From Salpingoeca rosetta (Eukaryota; Protista; Choanoflagellata): a stretch of 64,000 nt of DNA. The translations under genes were made by a program, and so were the position numbers. The notes below the pieces were generated by a model, which saw nothing but the letters and a program-made list of their open reading frames with translations, ran no database searches and was not told where the DNA came from. Of the stretch, positions 1 to 12,572 are shown one piece after another. Location of the stretch: contig JAWQFM010000002.1 in the NCBI GenBank assembly GCA_033442325.1, positions 1,351,078-1,415,077 of the forward strand. Direction: 5' to 3'. Numbering within the stretch: position 1 is the stretch's first letter; each line of letters opens with the position of its first letter.

Positions 1-11
1 GGAGCATTGGG

Positions 12-63
<52 letters not shown>

Positions 64-174
64 GTGAAGCACGGAAAAGCATGGGGGGGGGCTTGGAGTC
101 GAATACACCCGTACACAACACCACACGCGTCTCCTCATTGAATGGGTGGTGGGATCAATCCCTGTCGACAGCAC

Positions 175-815
175 CTGAGAATTGGAAGTAGTGGTCGACC
201 TGCCCTACGGGCTCGATCTTGAAATCTTCTGGCGCATTTGTCCCGTTCCTTCGTCGCTTCACCTGTGGGCACGTGGAGATGGTGAGGTGGATGGGGGAAG
301 GGCGGGGAGAAGGTACGCTGTGTACTGGAAACGGACCAGATGCAGTGCGCAATTCAAATCGGGTGCACACAGGCAGACAGGCAGGCAGGCAGGCAGACAG
401 ACAGACAGACAGACTAGTCCACACAGATTGTCAGACACTGATAGATGCAAGTACAGGCAAAGTTCGACAGACACACGAGGACATCATTCGACAGGCAGGA
501 GACCTTGAGCAGGAAAGTCTTGGTTTTCTTCTGTCGCTTCCCATGAATGGCATGGGCGAGCGGGACGCCTGGTCTGAGCTGTAGGCTGAGCTGGTCCTGC
601 ATGTGCTTGGCCACGCTCCCAATGGTCTCTTCCCCGCCAAGCGCTTCGATGGCACGGCTGTGTGATCATCGCAACGCGAAGCCAACGTGCAGGCAACGGA
701 ACACGTTAGCAGTGGTGCACACATTGTGTTCGAGAGCGGGAACACACGGTCAAACATCAAGCCATGGCCAGAAGCACATACACACACACAGACAGACAGA
801 CGCAAGCACACACAT

Positions 816-879
<64 letters not shown>

Positions 880-1428
880 GCAGACAGACGCAAGCACACA
901 CACACACACACGCACTCACTCTGGGTTGTTGATGGCTCCGGGCATTTCAACGACAAATAGACGAGGGCCAGAGCCAGCTTCCTCCTCACTCTCTGCCTCT
1001 TGACTGTGTACGCTCTCTCCTTCTTCGTCTTCTCCCTCGTCCTCCTCTTCCTCTTCCTCTTCCTCCTCTTCTTCCTCCTCGTCATCATCCATGTCATCTT
1101 CATCATCGTCGACATCATCATCAATGTCTTCCTCCTCCTCCTCTTCTTCTTCCTCCTCTTCGTCATCTCCATCAAGATCGTCGTCGTCGTCATTGTCATC
1201 ATCGTCGCGGTCATCACCGTCGGCACCGTCATGGCCGTCATCCTTGTCATCGTTGTCGTGGCCTTCGTCCATGGCGTGTTGGTGGTGTGCCTCACCTTTG
1301 TGCTGTTGTTTCTCCTCCGCCTCCTCCTTCTCCTCCTTTGCCTGGCCCGCCGCGGCCGGGTGATGGCTGTCCTCCCCTTCGTCCATTGCAGCTGCATCAG
1401 TTGCAACTGTCGTCTTCTCCGCTTCCAT
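175..1428 (-). CDS. GTF3C5: General transcription factor IIIC subunit 5 (tau95/Tfc1/TFIIIC63), 5' part; the gene continues past the left edge. Exons approx. 1428-919, 657-504, 262-175
   Basis: Spliced product: a long acidic N-terminus, then LFVVEMPGAINNPD-RAIEALGGEETI...LSLQLRPGVPLAHAIHG...TFLLKV-KRRRN...FKIEPVGQVDHYFQFSG. This matches the remembered tau95 N-terminal domain (VEYPG...TLGGEE...LELYFRP..PYCHP...LLLRI...YKFQG). GT-AG junctions keep the frame. Confidence 0.85.
833..868. repeat. (TA)n microsatellite flanked by a duplicated CA/GACA unit, in GTF3C5 intron 1
   Basis: Directly visible; cagacagacgcaagcacacaca occurs on both sides. Confidence 0.9.
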
Positions 1429-1871
1429 GTTGTTGTCACTCTGGCTCGACTCACTGACACACACTCAAAAGCGCAAACAACACAACAGAGCAAACCACAA
1501 CACCTCTTCTTGCTTCGTGTTCGTTTGGTTTTTGTTTCAGCGGCCGCGACTGATTTCAGTCTCGATGCGTGAATGCAACTTCGCCACCTTCATTCGTGCC
1601 CTCGATTGTGGTGTGGTTTTTGCTTGCTTGCACCTTTGCCAAACAAACGCCCGCCGTGTGATTGCTGTGGTTCCCCAAAAGCTTTGTCTCCGAGCGACGC
1701 CGCTTGGCTCACAGACACGCACCATTGTATCGTGCTGTTGGCTGGTTGTGCCTTTGTCTTCTCTGATCATCGTTGTTGAGAAGCAAGAGGCACAAGAAGG
1801 ACACCTTCGCTCACACACACACACCTGAGCACATTGTTGTTGGGGTTGTTGCCATTGTGTGTGTGTGTGTG

Positions 1872-1904
<33 letters not shown>

Positions 1905-1989
1905 TGCCACGCTCAAATCACACCCTTGCACCCAGCTCGCAACCGCCATTTTGCGACACAGCCCAAACACGGCCAGCTGACAGCGGGCA

Positions 1990-1990
<1 letters not shown>

Positions 1991-2050
<60 letters not shown>
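1991..2050 (+). repeat. (GCAACA)n hexamer repeat just upstream of the RalBP1 ATG
   Basis: About 10 copies visible. Confidence 0.9.
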
Positions 2051-2061
2051 CAGGTGGGAGG

Positions 2062-2908
2062 ATGATGCGCCTCGGGCGTCGGGGTGGTGGTGGTGGAGGT
2101 GGTGGAGGTGGTGGTGCAAGCAATGGCCACACTGATGGGAGCAGAAGCGGTGGTCGCGGTGCGGGCGAAACCGAAGGAGGAGGGGGAGGAGACGATGCAC
2201 GCCACTATGGGAACGTTGACGGCGATGATGCAGCCACAGACCACCTGACGGCCATCCTGGGCAGTAATGAGGAGGAACCAGTTGGTGGTGACACGGATGA
2301 TGCTGGTCTTGAGGAAGTCAAACGGGCAGAGACTGCGAAGCCAGCCACCTTGCAAGCACAGCCAGTGCCTGCAATTGCCATGGAACAGAGGCCGCGCACG
2401 GCCAGTTCCATATCGCCGCGAACTGCGCGCGCCACTGGAACCGGATCACTGCAGGAAGCAGGGGATCGAAGGAGACGCCGTAACACTGGCGATCCCATGA
2501 CCCTGGCAGCAAGCGCCCGCAATGCCGCCTCAAGAACGTTTGCCTCTCTTCAGCCAGTGGTGGGCGCTCTTGTGTGCGTGCGTGTGTGCGTGTGTGTGTG
2601 CGTGTGCGTGTGTGTGTGCGTGCGTGTGCGTGCGTGTGTGTGCGTGTGCGTGTGCGTGTGCGTGTGCGTGTGTGTCACCTTCATGTAGAGGTGTGACTGG
2701 GAGAACACCTTTACACGCAGACTCACGTCTCCCAACCTGTGGTTGTGTGTGCAGTCGCTTCGGAGACGCAAGTCTTCAGACACATCATCAACACGGTGGG
2801 TTGGTGTGTCACCCCGCTTGTGAGATCACAGCACTCGGGTGTGTCGGGTGTGTCATCACCCTTCAATCGACACAGTCACCGCCTGTTCTTGCACGTGTCT
2901 CACGCACT

Positions 2909-2943
<35 letters not shown>

Positions 2944-3004
2944 TCACTCACTCACTCACTCACTCACTCACACACACACTCACTCACTCACTCACTCACA
3001 CACG

Positions 3005-3059
<55 letters not shown>

Positions 3060-3402
3060 NNNNNNNNNNNNNNNNNNNNNNNNNNNNNNNNNNNNNNNNN
3101 NNNNNNNNNNNNNNNNNNNNNNNNNNNNNNNNNNNNNNNNNNNNNNNNNNNNNNNNNNNGAAAAGAACAAAGCATGTCTCAGCTATCCTGCTTTGTTCTC
3201 TCTAACATTCTAAAGAAATACTTCTCTCTTCTCGTGTTAGGTTGAGTCAACACCTTATGGTTCTAAATAAAACCACCTGATCCGTCTCTCTGATTGAAGC
3301 CCAAGTAGCAGATCGTCCCAGAGTCGGTTGTGGGAACGATAATACTTGACGGACGCGACTCAACACGCCATGATACACTCTCGGGCTCTCTCACACTCAC
3401 AC

Positions 3403-3495
<93 letters not shown>

Positions 3496-4026
3496 CACAC
3501 TTACTCCACTGCCTTCTTGGGCTGGTCATAACAACAGCTCGAACAAGAGCCCAAAGCGGCTGTCCATCAGGGAACGCATTATGCGCCATTTTGGCGGCAG
3601 TAAGGTCCGTAGCGCAAGAGAGACAGCCTGTACATGTGTGTGTGTGTGTGTGTGTGCACGACTACGTGTGGGTGCGACAGTGACTGCCTGAGCTTCCACA
3701 AATTCAATGGTGTCATGTTGACCCTGGCTGCTTGAGTTCATTCGTTCTCCCTCCCTCACCATGCATCCGTTGCCACGTTGCCATCCGCCATGACAGCAAG
3801 CGTATCGGGTGTTTGGGGAGCCGCTCGCTGTTGCTGTGGAGCGCTCGTCTCTGCAAGACTGCATCCCCCTCCCCGCCGTCTTTCGCCGCTGCCTCCTCTA
3901 CGTCCAGCACAGAGGTGCACTTTGTGTGCTCTGTGTGTGGTGTGTGGTGTGTGGTGTGAACTGTGTGGTGTGTGGTGTGTGGTGTGCTGTGTGCTGTGTG
4001 GTGTGTGTGTGTGTGTGTGCTGTGTG

Positions 4027-4125
<99 letters not shown>

Positions 4126-4766
4126 TGTGTGTGTGTGTGTGTGTGTGTGGGCGTGTAGGTGATATCACCTTGTCGAACATTACTGTCACCTCACTCGCCG
4201 TGAATGGGACCACCAGGGCTGACGCAGGAGGGCATCTATCGAAAGCCGGCGTCGCACGCCCAGGTGGAGAAGCTCAAGGCAGCGTTCGAGCAAGGTACGG
4301 TTGCTGATCGTGTTCAGCATAACGTGACTGCTGCCAATATGTGCCAGCCAACATGAGGCACGTGTAAACGACTATCGAGCATCTTGTTCTGCGCTCACAA
4401 CACACACACGCACGCAATATCAGATGGGGACGTTGATCTGCCGGCGTTCTTCAGCCAGGGGGCGGCGCACAACGACGTCAACACGACTGCGAGCCTGCTC
4501 AAACTCTATCTCCGCTCCCTTCCAGAGTGCATCCTCACGGAACAGCTGCAGGACGACTTTAAACAAGGTACACGCACATGTACACGCGACAGTGTGCTTC
4601 GTATGCGTATGGCCGTACTTGTGTGCATGCGTTTGGGCTTACAGTTGCTTTTGATGCTTCTGTCTCACGCGCAATGCGTTGTCAATACATGTGCGTGCGT
4701 GTGTGCTGTTGTGTGTGTTTGTGTGTGTGTGCTGTTGTGTGTGTGTGTGCGCGTGCGTGTGTGCTG

Positions 4767-4818
<52 letters not shown>

Positions 4819-7011
4819 GCTCTCGACAGCTGTGCGGGCTGAGGCGGCTGCAACGCCTGCGGATGTGGTGGAGCGCGTGAAGCGACTGCTGTTCCAGCTG
4901 CCACGTTGCAACTACCTTGCCCTTGGATGGCTCTTCAAGCATCTCGCCCAGATTGTGGCACACGCCGACAGCAACTGCATGTCGTTTGACAACGTCTACA
5001 TCGTCTTTGCTCCAACCATCAGCCTCACAAAGGTCCGCTTGTGTGCTGGCTTTTGTGGATTGCCCGCAAAGGGATTTGCTGTTTGTGTTGTTGCTGTTTG
5101 CGCGTTGCTGTTTGTGTTGTTGCTGTTTGTGTTGTTGCTGCTTTCGTGTTGTTGCTGTTTGTGTTGTTGCTGTTTGTGTTGTTGCTGCTTTCGTGTTGTT
5201 GCTGCTGCTTGCGCGTTGCTGCTTTCGTGTTGCTGCTTTCGTGTTGTTGATTATGCTTCCGCGCGGGATTCACAACGCTCATATTCAGCCTGCACCGCAC
5301 TCACGCCAACACTCACCACCGACCCCACACCATACACACGGCTTGCCTTCCCCCCCCCCCGGCCGTCGCCCCGACAGAATGTGATGACGGTGCTTGTTGA
5401 GCATGCGGACTCGCTCTTCCCCGATGTTGATCTTGTCGACTGCTCATTCTTCAACCGCCGCAGAAGCGGAAGGTCTGCTCCTCTCCTCAGTGTGTGTGCG
5501 TGCTTTGATGTGTCGATGCATGCATGTGTCCTGTTGTTCCAGCGCTTACATCACACACGCCGCGTGCCACATGAGCTACGGCATGGTACCTCACACAATC
5601 CTTTCCCTCCCTATCACCACCACCACCACAACCACTCGACACCACGACTACCACCACCTCATCGTCATCGTGCAGGGGGCGGCGGGCCCGACGTCGGGGA
5701 TCGCAGCAGATACACGGGCCCTTGCACCCCATGCCGTCAGCAGACGTGCTTGCACGCAACGAGCACGCCATGAACCTTCTTGCTCGCCTCAGCCACGACA
5801 TCATAGCCCTCGAAAAGGTGCCCTAATTGCATCCCCACTGTGTGTAATGTGTGTGTGTGTGACGTCGAATTACTCCCTTTCTTTTGACAAGCACATCTTC
5901 TCACGCCACCACCACCACTGCAGGCGCTGCTGTCACACGAGGCCGAGATGGCGGTGTTTGCCGCGCGCCATGAGGAGTACCCGCCTGCCCAGCGCGAGCA
6001 GATGGCTGAGATTGAGGCGCGTCTTGCCACCGACCGCCAGTGCTACCAGCGACTGCAGCAGCGCACGCCCGGATGTGCACCGCCACCGCTGGAGCCGCAG
6101 CTCGCACGCGCGCTCAAGGACACATACGCGACGCTTGCTCTCGAGGTGGGCACGCTGCGCTGTCATTGGGCAATAATTGGTGTGCTTGGCGTGTGTGTGT
6201 GCGTGTTTCTGCTGTTCCGGCATGTGTATGCATTGTTATCGTCCACCGCAGATGGTTTGCTTCGTGTGTTGCTGTTGTTGTTGCTGCACACGCCCTAACA
6301 AGCATCTCTCAAAGCAAGAGCGTCTGCATCCTACCTTCGTCTTCACTTCATCTCACCTCATTTCATCTCACGTCACCTCATCCCCCTGATCACGATGGCT
6401 CGTGCATCACAACAGCACCTGCATCTGAAGCAGACACAGGCGGCGCTGCTAGACTTTCTGCTGCAGGAAGAGACGGCGCTCGGCGTGCTGGAAGATCGCG
6501 CGCAGCAGGTGTGTGAGGACAGCATCACATGGCTGAGTCTGCAGTCGTTTGCACACACGCGCGCGTGCATGCATGCGTGCGTGTGAGTTGAATGAGTGAG
6601 TGGGTGAGTGAGTGAGTGATTCAAGGTCATGACGAGACCGCAGATGGCCGCATTACGTTATGTCATTGGACACATTCATCATATCAAGTCTCACCCGCCA
6701 TATATGTGATGTGCAAACGATGCATGTGCGTGAACATTGATTTCCTGTCAACTTCAACATCGTCAGGAGCCGCCACTGGACGACCGGGCCCTCAGTCCGC
6801 ACCATCCGCATGCGCTGCTGGCGACCGTTGACGATACAGAGACATTGCGCAACATGCTGCAGCGCCTGGCAGACGAAAACACGCGCCTCTCCAGCGAAAA
6901 CACACACCTTTTGCAGGTCCGTTCCATGCACGTGCGCGTTGCGTTGATGTGACGTTTGCACGTGTGATCAACACTTGTGTCTGCTTTTTCGTTCACGATG
7001 TCCTTCCACAT

Positions 7012-7059
<48 letters not shown>

Positions 7060-8861
7060 TCACGTGTTTCCATGACTAATTGTACGTACCCTTGTTTGTC
7101 CTTGACGCTGCTCTTCAACATCAGGAGCTGAGCGCTGAGGCCGACGTGTACTGCGAAAAGGCCGGCGCTGTCTCCGCCACGGCAACATGCACCCACCACG
7201 GCGAGGAGCAGCAGAAACAAACGCAGGAAAGCAAGCAGCAGAAGCAGCAGAAGCAGAAGAAGCCGGGGGAGAGCGATGCGTTTGAGGTGGATGTGTTGCA
7301 GAACAACGGATGCACCACCACCACTACCACCACCACCACCACCACCACCAACGACAATGGCAGTGGCAGCGAACACACCACCACCACCACCAGCAGCAGC
7401 AGCAGCAGCACCGAGGACGAGGATGAGGTGGCATACATGCCATCACTCTCGTCGTTGGAGGCGCGAGCCATCTGGACAAAGGCATTCCAAGACTCGTTGC
7501 TGCTGGAGGTGGAGAGCCAGAGCGCGGATGTGACGCAGAGCGCAGACGTGTCGATGCTCGAGCGCTTTTCGTCGTCGTGTTTGTCCGAGCTTGTTGTGGA
7601 CCCCAAGTCCGTTGCCATTGAGATGGAGAGTGACGCTGACACCACAATTGTGCCGGACATGGATGACCACACCTCCCCTCGCGGATACACACACCGCCTC
7701 TCCGGCGTGGTGGAGGAGCACTCTGTTGTGGATGACGATGATGACGTTGTTGGTGACAACGTCGTTGGTGATGATGATGATGACGGGTCTGTGGCAGTCG
7801 AGTGCCAGTCGCCCGTGTCGATTGCATCATGGCCCGGCACGCGTCCTGACAGCGTGAGCCAGCGCCACAGCAGCGCAAGCAGCAACCACTCGCTGCCCGT
7901 AACGGCTGACATTGCCACCAGCAGCACCCGGAGCAGCCTCCATGCCACGTGCGTTCGCCGCCTGTCGAGCTCGGCGGCGTCGGAGGACATGCAGCAGCGA
8001 GGGGAGTGTGCACAGGGCGATCACGATGGCGGCTTCCACAGTGCCCAAGATGAGCAGCACAGACACGCCAGCCATGGTGGCGGCAGCAGCAGCGGTGTGT
8101 CGCCGTCGTCGCCGCTGTTCAGCGCCGGTGGCGGCCGCAGCAGCAGCAGCCCGCGTGGGGACGACTCACCGTTCTCGTTTGACATTGACGCGCTGGAGGC
8201 GATGATCCGCATCAACCCATCGGACCTGGTGGGCAGCGAAGGCCTGACCCATGGCGACCTCAACAACACGCCCCAGCACTCGCCTCCGCCCGACAAGGCG
8301 CAGCGCACCAATGACGGTGGTGACGGTGACGGGTTGAAGCGGGTGGGCGATGGAGCCGTGAACATTGGCGATGGTGCGGACGTGGATCAGGGCGCACAGC
8401 TGGAGGCGGGTGAAGCAACTTGCGCCGCTGCCCCTGGTGCAGATGCTACCTCACACGGTGGTGGCGTGCAAGTGGTCGAGGGAGGCAAGAAGGGCAAGGG
8501 AAAGAAGACGAAGAAGCAAAAGAAGGCAAAGAAGAAAGACAGGGACACCACGAGGAGCAAGATGAAGAAGATGATGACGTGGGCAAAGCGGCGCGATGAC
8601 TCTGCAAAGGAGATGGATGAGATGGATGAGTTGGATGAGGATCAAGGGGAAAAAGAAGATCAGGAGAAGGAGAAAACGGAGGAGAAGAAAGTTTCCAAGG
8701 CTGAGGACGCAGAGATGGCAGGCGAGATGAATGAGGCCTCGATGCAAGCTGGGCACAACGGTGATGAAGATGTGATGGTGGACACCGAAGGGCAGAGTGT
8801 GGCGGTGGATCGGCGGTTTTCGCTTCATCCTGAAGAGTATGACATTTCTCCCATGCTCTGA
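2062..8861 (+). CDS. RALBP1: RalA-binding protein 1 (RLIP76)-like RhoGAP, multi-exon, with a long low-complexity last exon. Linkage of the 5' exons across the gap is uncertain
   Basis: VFGEPLAVAVERSSLQDCIPLPAVFRRCLLYVQHRG (3809-), GLTQEGIYRK (arginine finger, ~4217-4245), NTTASLLKLYLRSLPECILT, LPRCNYLALGWLFKHL, NVYIVFAPTISLT and the coiled coil DDTETLRNMLQRLADENTRLSSENTHLLQ all parallel RalBP1 segments. Last exon approx. 7125-8861. Confidence 0.8.
3060..3159. other. Assembly gap (100 N)
   Basis: Run of N preceded by a long (CA)n tract. Confidence 0.99.
3160..3377 (+). mobile_element. Possible 3' end of an LTR (retrotransposon or solo LTR) inside a RalBP1 intron
   Basis: AT-richer, microsatellite-free segment right after the gap. 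It contains AATAAA (~3266-3271) and ends ...CCATGATACA, an LTR-like CA terminus, before the CA-rich intron resumes. Confidence 0.35.
4047..4122 (+). repeat. (GA)n microsatellite between (TG)n tracts, intronic
   Basis: Directly visible. Confidence 0.95.
5078..5250 (+). repeat. Degenerate minisatellite of ~15-nt units (GCTGTTTGTGTTGTT / GCTGCTTTCGTGTT), intronic
   Basis: Directly visible tandem units. Confidence 0.8.
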
Positions 8862-9304
8862 CTGCCCATGATTTGGGCGCGTTCATGCGTTGAAGGAGAC
8901 GGGAAAGAAGTGAAGAAGAGAAAGCGAGGGCGGAGAAGAAGAGCGAGTACTTGTCCATGCAGTCCTATGACGAGAGCACGTTGATCGGCTGGAGCGTTTG
9001 ATGCACGTGTGCGATTGTGGTTCTCTTGTTTTGTTAAATCATCATGTACATGTGTGGTGTACACAAGAAGGTTGGTGATTTCCTCTGCCTGGTTGAGATG
9101 GCGCCATTGGGCAGCCACCATGGCGTGTGCATAAACAACAGCAACAACAACACAATACACGAGGAAGCGAGTGAAGAAATGGACGGGAGGCGGGGGTGGA
9201 GGAAAGAGAAAGCAAACACAACAGCAGGCGCCAAAGTTCAGTGGAGTTGGGAAGAGTTGTGGATGATGTTCATAATTGTCAGCAACTGCAACCACACAGC
9301 AGCG

Positions 9305-10126
9305 ATGAGCCACCACACCACACAGCGCCACTACGACCAGCATGTAAGTGTGAATGTGATGTGAGGTGCGTGCAACGTGTGTGCGTGTGTGTGTGCGTGT
9401 GGGATCTGTGTGTGTGCGCGCGCCTACATTTGCATCGATGTGTGTGTGCTGATGGCTGCGTCGATGTGGCCGAATGGCTGGTTGTGCTTGCAGGCCGGCG
9501 TGGAGGGAGCGGCGCAACACTGGCGTGAGAGCCGAACCAAGGACCTGCGACGCTTTCACAACAACGTCAAGCGGCGCATGATCAACCGCCTCTCCTTTAA
9601 CACCGAACAGCATGTCGACATCGCCTGCGGCAGGTGTGTGTGTGTGTGTGCGTGTGTGTGTGTGTGCGTGTGTGTGCGTGTGCGTGTGTGCGTGTGTGCG
9701 TGTGTAACATTGGGGGCTCGACTGACAGCATTGAGGCGCGTGAAGATTTCCTTGTGCTCCGGGTGTTGCAGGTGTTGCAGGTGTTGCAGGTGTCGTTCAA
9801 GTCGCGTCTTTGGCGTTCGACACCACTCACCATCGCTCTTGCTATCGCCCACCATCGCTCTTGCTGTCGATCACCATCGATCATGCCTGCACCACATTTT
9901 CAGAGGCGGGGACATCCGCAAGTGGTGCGACGCACAAATCCACCACGTCGTTGGTGTCGACTTGTCGCCAGCACAAGTGGTGGAGGCCCAGGAACGCGCA
10001 CAGCTGGTTGGAGGAATAACCTTTCTCTGTCAACCGTGCGCTTGCATCCTGACCTTTGGGTTGCGCCTTGAACTGCTGACTGCCGCGACTTGTCGCATCC
10101 ATGCTCCCACATGCCCCTCTCTGCTC

Positions 10127-10193
<67 letters not shown>

Positions 10194-11502
10194 CCCTCTC
10201 TCCTTTCTGTATGCGCGTGTCTGCACACCCACCCACGCCCTCACACACCCAACAATACTCTCCGTCCCTGTGTTGTGACATTACAGATTGCTGAGGAGTA
10301 CAGATCGCGCGGACAAGAAGTTGCCACTCGATGCGAATTCTTCCACACCCCAAGTATGTGCTGCCGGATTGCACCGTCACGTAACCTTTCCTCGTTTGCA
10401 CTCACACAGGGTTTTGGGTGCGTACAGGGCTGCAGGAGCGTGCGCACTGACAGATCAAAGCACAAAACACGCCACAACAGACAAACGCACGAAAAACACA
10501 CACTTACACACACACACACACGCACACACATCTGCTGTGCTGTAGATCTTGGCGTGCGACCTCTGGCATGGCCGCGCCAGTTCGACACCGCGTCATGCAT
10601 GTTCTCTGGTATGCACCGTGTGTACGCGGTGCTTTGTACGCTTCACCTTTCTTCATGTGTCCACCCCTGTATCATCAGTTGTGTTTTGCTTGCACCTGAG
10701 CCTCGTTAGTTGAAGACGTCTGTTGAGATCACGTGCGCGTGTCCTGCTGCGCGTTTTGATACAGCACTGCAAGACAAGGCCTGCTCCCCTTTGTAACATG
10801 TCAATCACCACGCATCGTTGCATTGCAGCCCACTACCTGTTCCACACGCGGGAGACAGCACGCAACTTCTTTCGTAATGTCTCGCTGGCGCTCAAAGATG
10901 GCGGGCGCTTCTACGGCATCTTCACATCTGCACAGGCCGTCCTCTCCCTTCTCAACAAGAAGGTGTGTGTGTGTGTGCGTGCGTGTGTGCGTGTGTGTGC
11001 GCGCGCGTGTGTGTGTATGCGTGTGTGTGTGTGTGTGGTGTGAAAACTGATTGCATGCTGCTTGAGGACTCAAGATTTCGTCTCATTACAACGTGGTGTT
11101 CCTGGACACATTGCCTCATTGACCTTTTTGAACCCTGCCATCATGTCCCAACTATTGTCACCAGAGCGAGTACCGGTCTGAGCTGCTGCGTGTGCGCCAG
11201 CAGTGGGAGCACGACTACGCGTCCTTTGGCTCCCCGTACACGTTCGCCATTCTCCACACCGTACGTTTGAAGCTGTGCTACGTGTGTCTGTGAGCATACC
11301 GTGCGTTCACCGCCCCCCTGCTCATCTCGTTGTTGGTGTGGTGATTGTCGACCCGCGTGTTGGCAGGTGACAAACGACAATCTGATGGCAGATGAGTTGG
11401 GCGAAGGCACGCCAGAGTACCTCACGTTCTTCGGGTGCGTGCACGCAGATCACGGACGCAGTTGAACATACAAGCAGATGCACACACACACACACACACA
11501 CA

Positions 11503-11544
<42 letters not shown>

Positions 11545-11764
11545 CGCTTGCTTGCCTTTACGCCATTCTCCAATGACATTCGTTCCTGCTCTTGCCTATT
11601 TTTTCGACCATTTTCAGCGTGTTCACCAAGGTTGCGGCGGAGTTTGGTCTGTATCCAGACACAGGTGAGGCACACTCGATGCACGCAGCATGTTCACTCC
11701 GTTTACCAATCCCTCGGGCGCTTTGTGATGTGACGCCATCATCCCTGCCGCATCTCCTTTTGTG

Positions 11765-11818
<54 letters not shown>

Positions 11819-11921
11819 AACACACACTCAAACACACAAATACAAACACACACAAATACAAACACACACAAATACAAACACACACGCACACACACACATA
11901 CAAATACACACACACATACAA

Positions 11922-12009
<88 letters not shown>

Positions 12010-12572
12010 CGTTTGACTGGGAGTGTCCTGCGACGCAGCGGTGGGACCGACAGCGAGACATTTTCGACCGCGACCCGCCGTACAGGAAGCACGAGGGGTT
12101 CCGGTACCTGCGCCCCAGGTATGACGAGCGACGCAACCCGCGCGACGCTGCGGATATGGCCACCATCACCCGGCTGTACGCCGCGTATGTGTTTGTGAAG
12201 GACACGCGGCGGTTGCAGAGCGAGCGGGCGCGGGAGGAGGTGGTGCAGATTCCCCACGACGCAGCGCGGCTGTATCAGCCCGGGGAGGCCGAGGAGCAAG
12301 CAGCAGCACGGGCAGTGGCGGCAGAGCAGGGGCAGCAGGAACAGCAGGTGGAAGAGCAGGTGGATGATGACGGTGATGGTGGTGATCAAGGCGGGGATCA
12401 AGGCGCCGTGGAGAAGAAACCGAAGCAGGAAGGCCATCGGGAGGAGGCTGTAGGACCTCGGAAGCATCCAGATCAGCATCCAGATCAGCAGCTTCAAGCA
12501 CAAGAGCAGCAGCAAGGACAGGAGCAAGCGGCACAGTCGCGGGCGAAGCGCAGATACGATGAGAGCCAGTGA
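9305..12572 (+). CDS. mRNA cap guanine-N7 methyltransferase (RNMT/Abd1 family), divergent, about 10 exons
   Basis: MSHHTTQRHYDQH|...DLRRFHNNVKRRMI...HVDIACGR|GGDIRKW...VVGVDLS (SAM motif I and post-I), FDTASCMFS|AHYLF, NVSLALKDGGRFYG, FGSPYTF, PEYL, AAEFGL, LYAAYVFVK. The junctions checked keep the frame. Confidence 0.85.
10128..10192 (+). repeat. (TCTG)n tetranucleotide repeat, intronic
   Basis: Directly visible. Confidence 0.95.
11766..12008 (+). repeat. Long CA-rich tract running up to the 3' splice site of the last cap-methyltransferase exon
   Basis: (CA)n...cacacag|cgtttgac. Confidence 0.9.

Noticed and set aside
1773-2135. Poly-Q ORF upstream of RalBP1
   Set aside because: It is produced by TG and GCAACA repeats and has no recognisable domain.
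5078-5250. Tandem repeats resembling a CRISPR-like array (also 16975-17060, 17775-17860, 40308-40400)
   Set aside because: There are no unique spacers; these are degenerate intronic minisatellites in a eukaryote.
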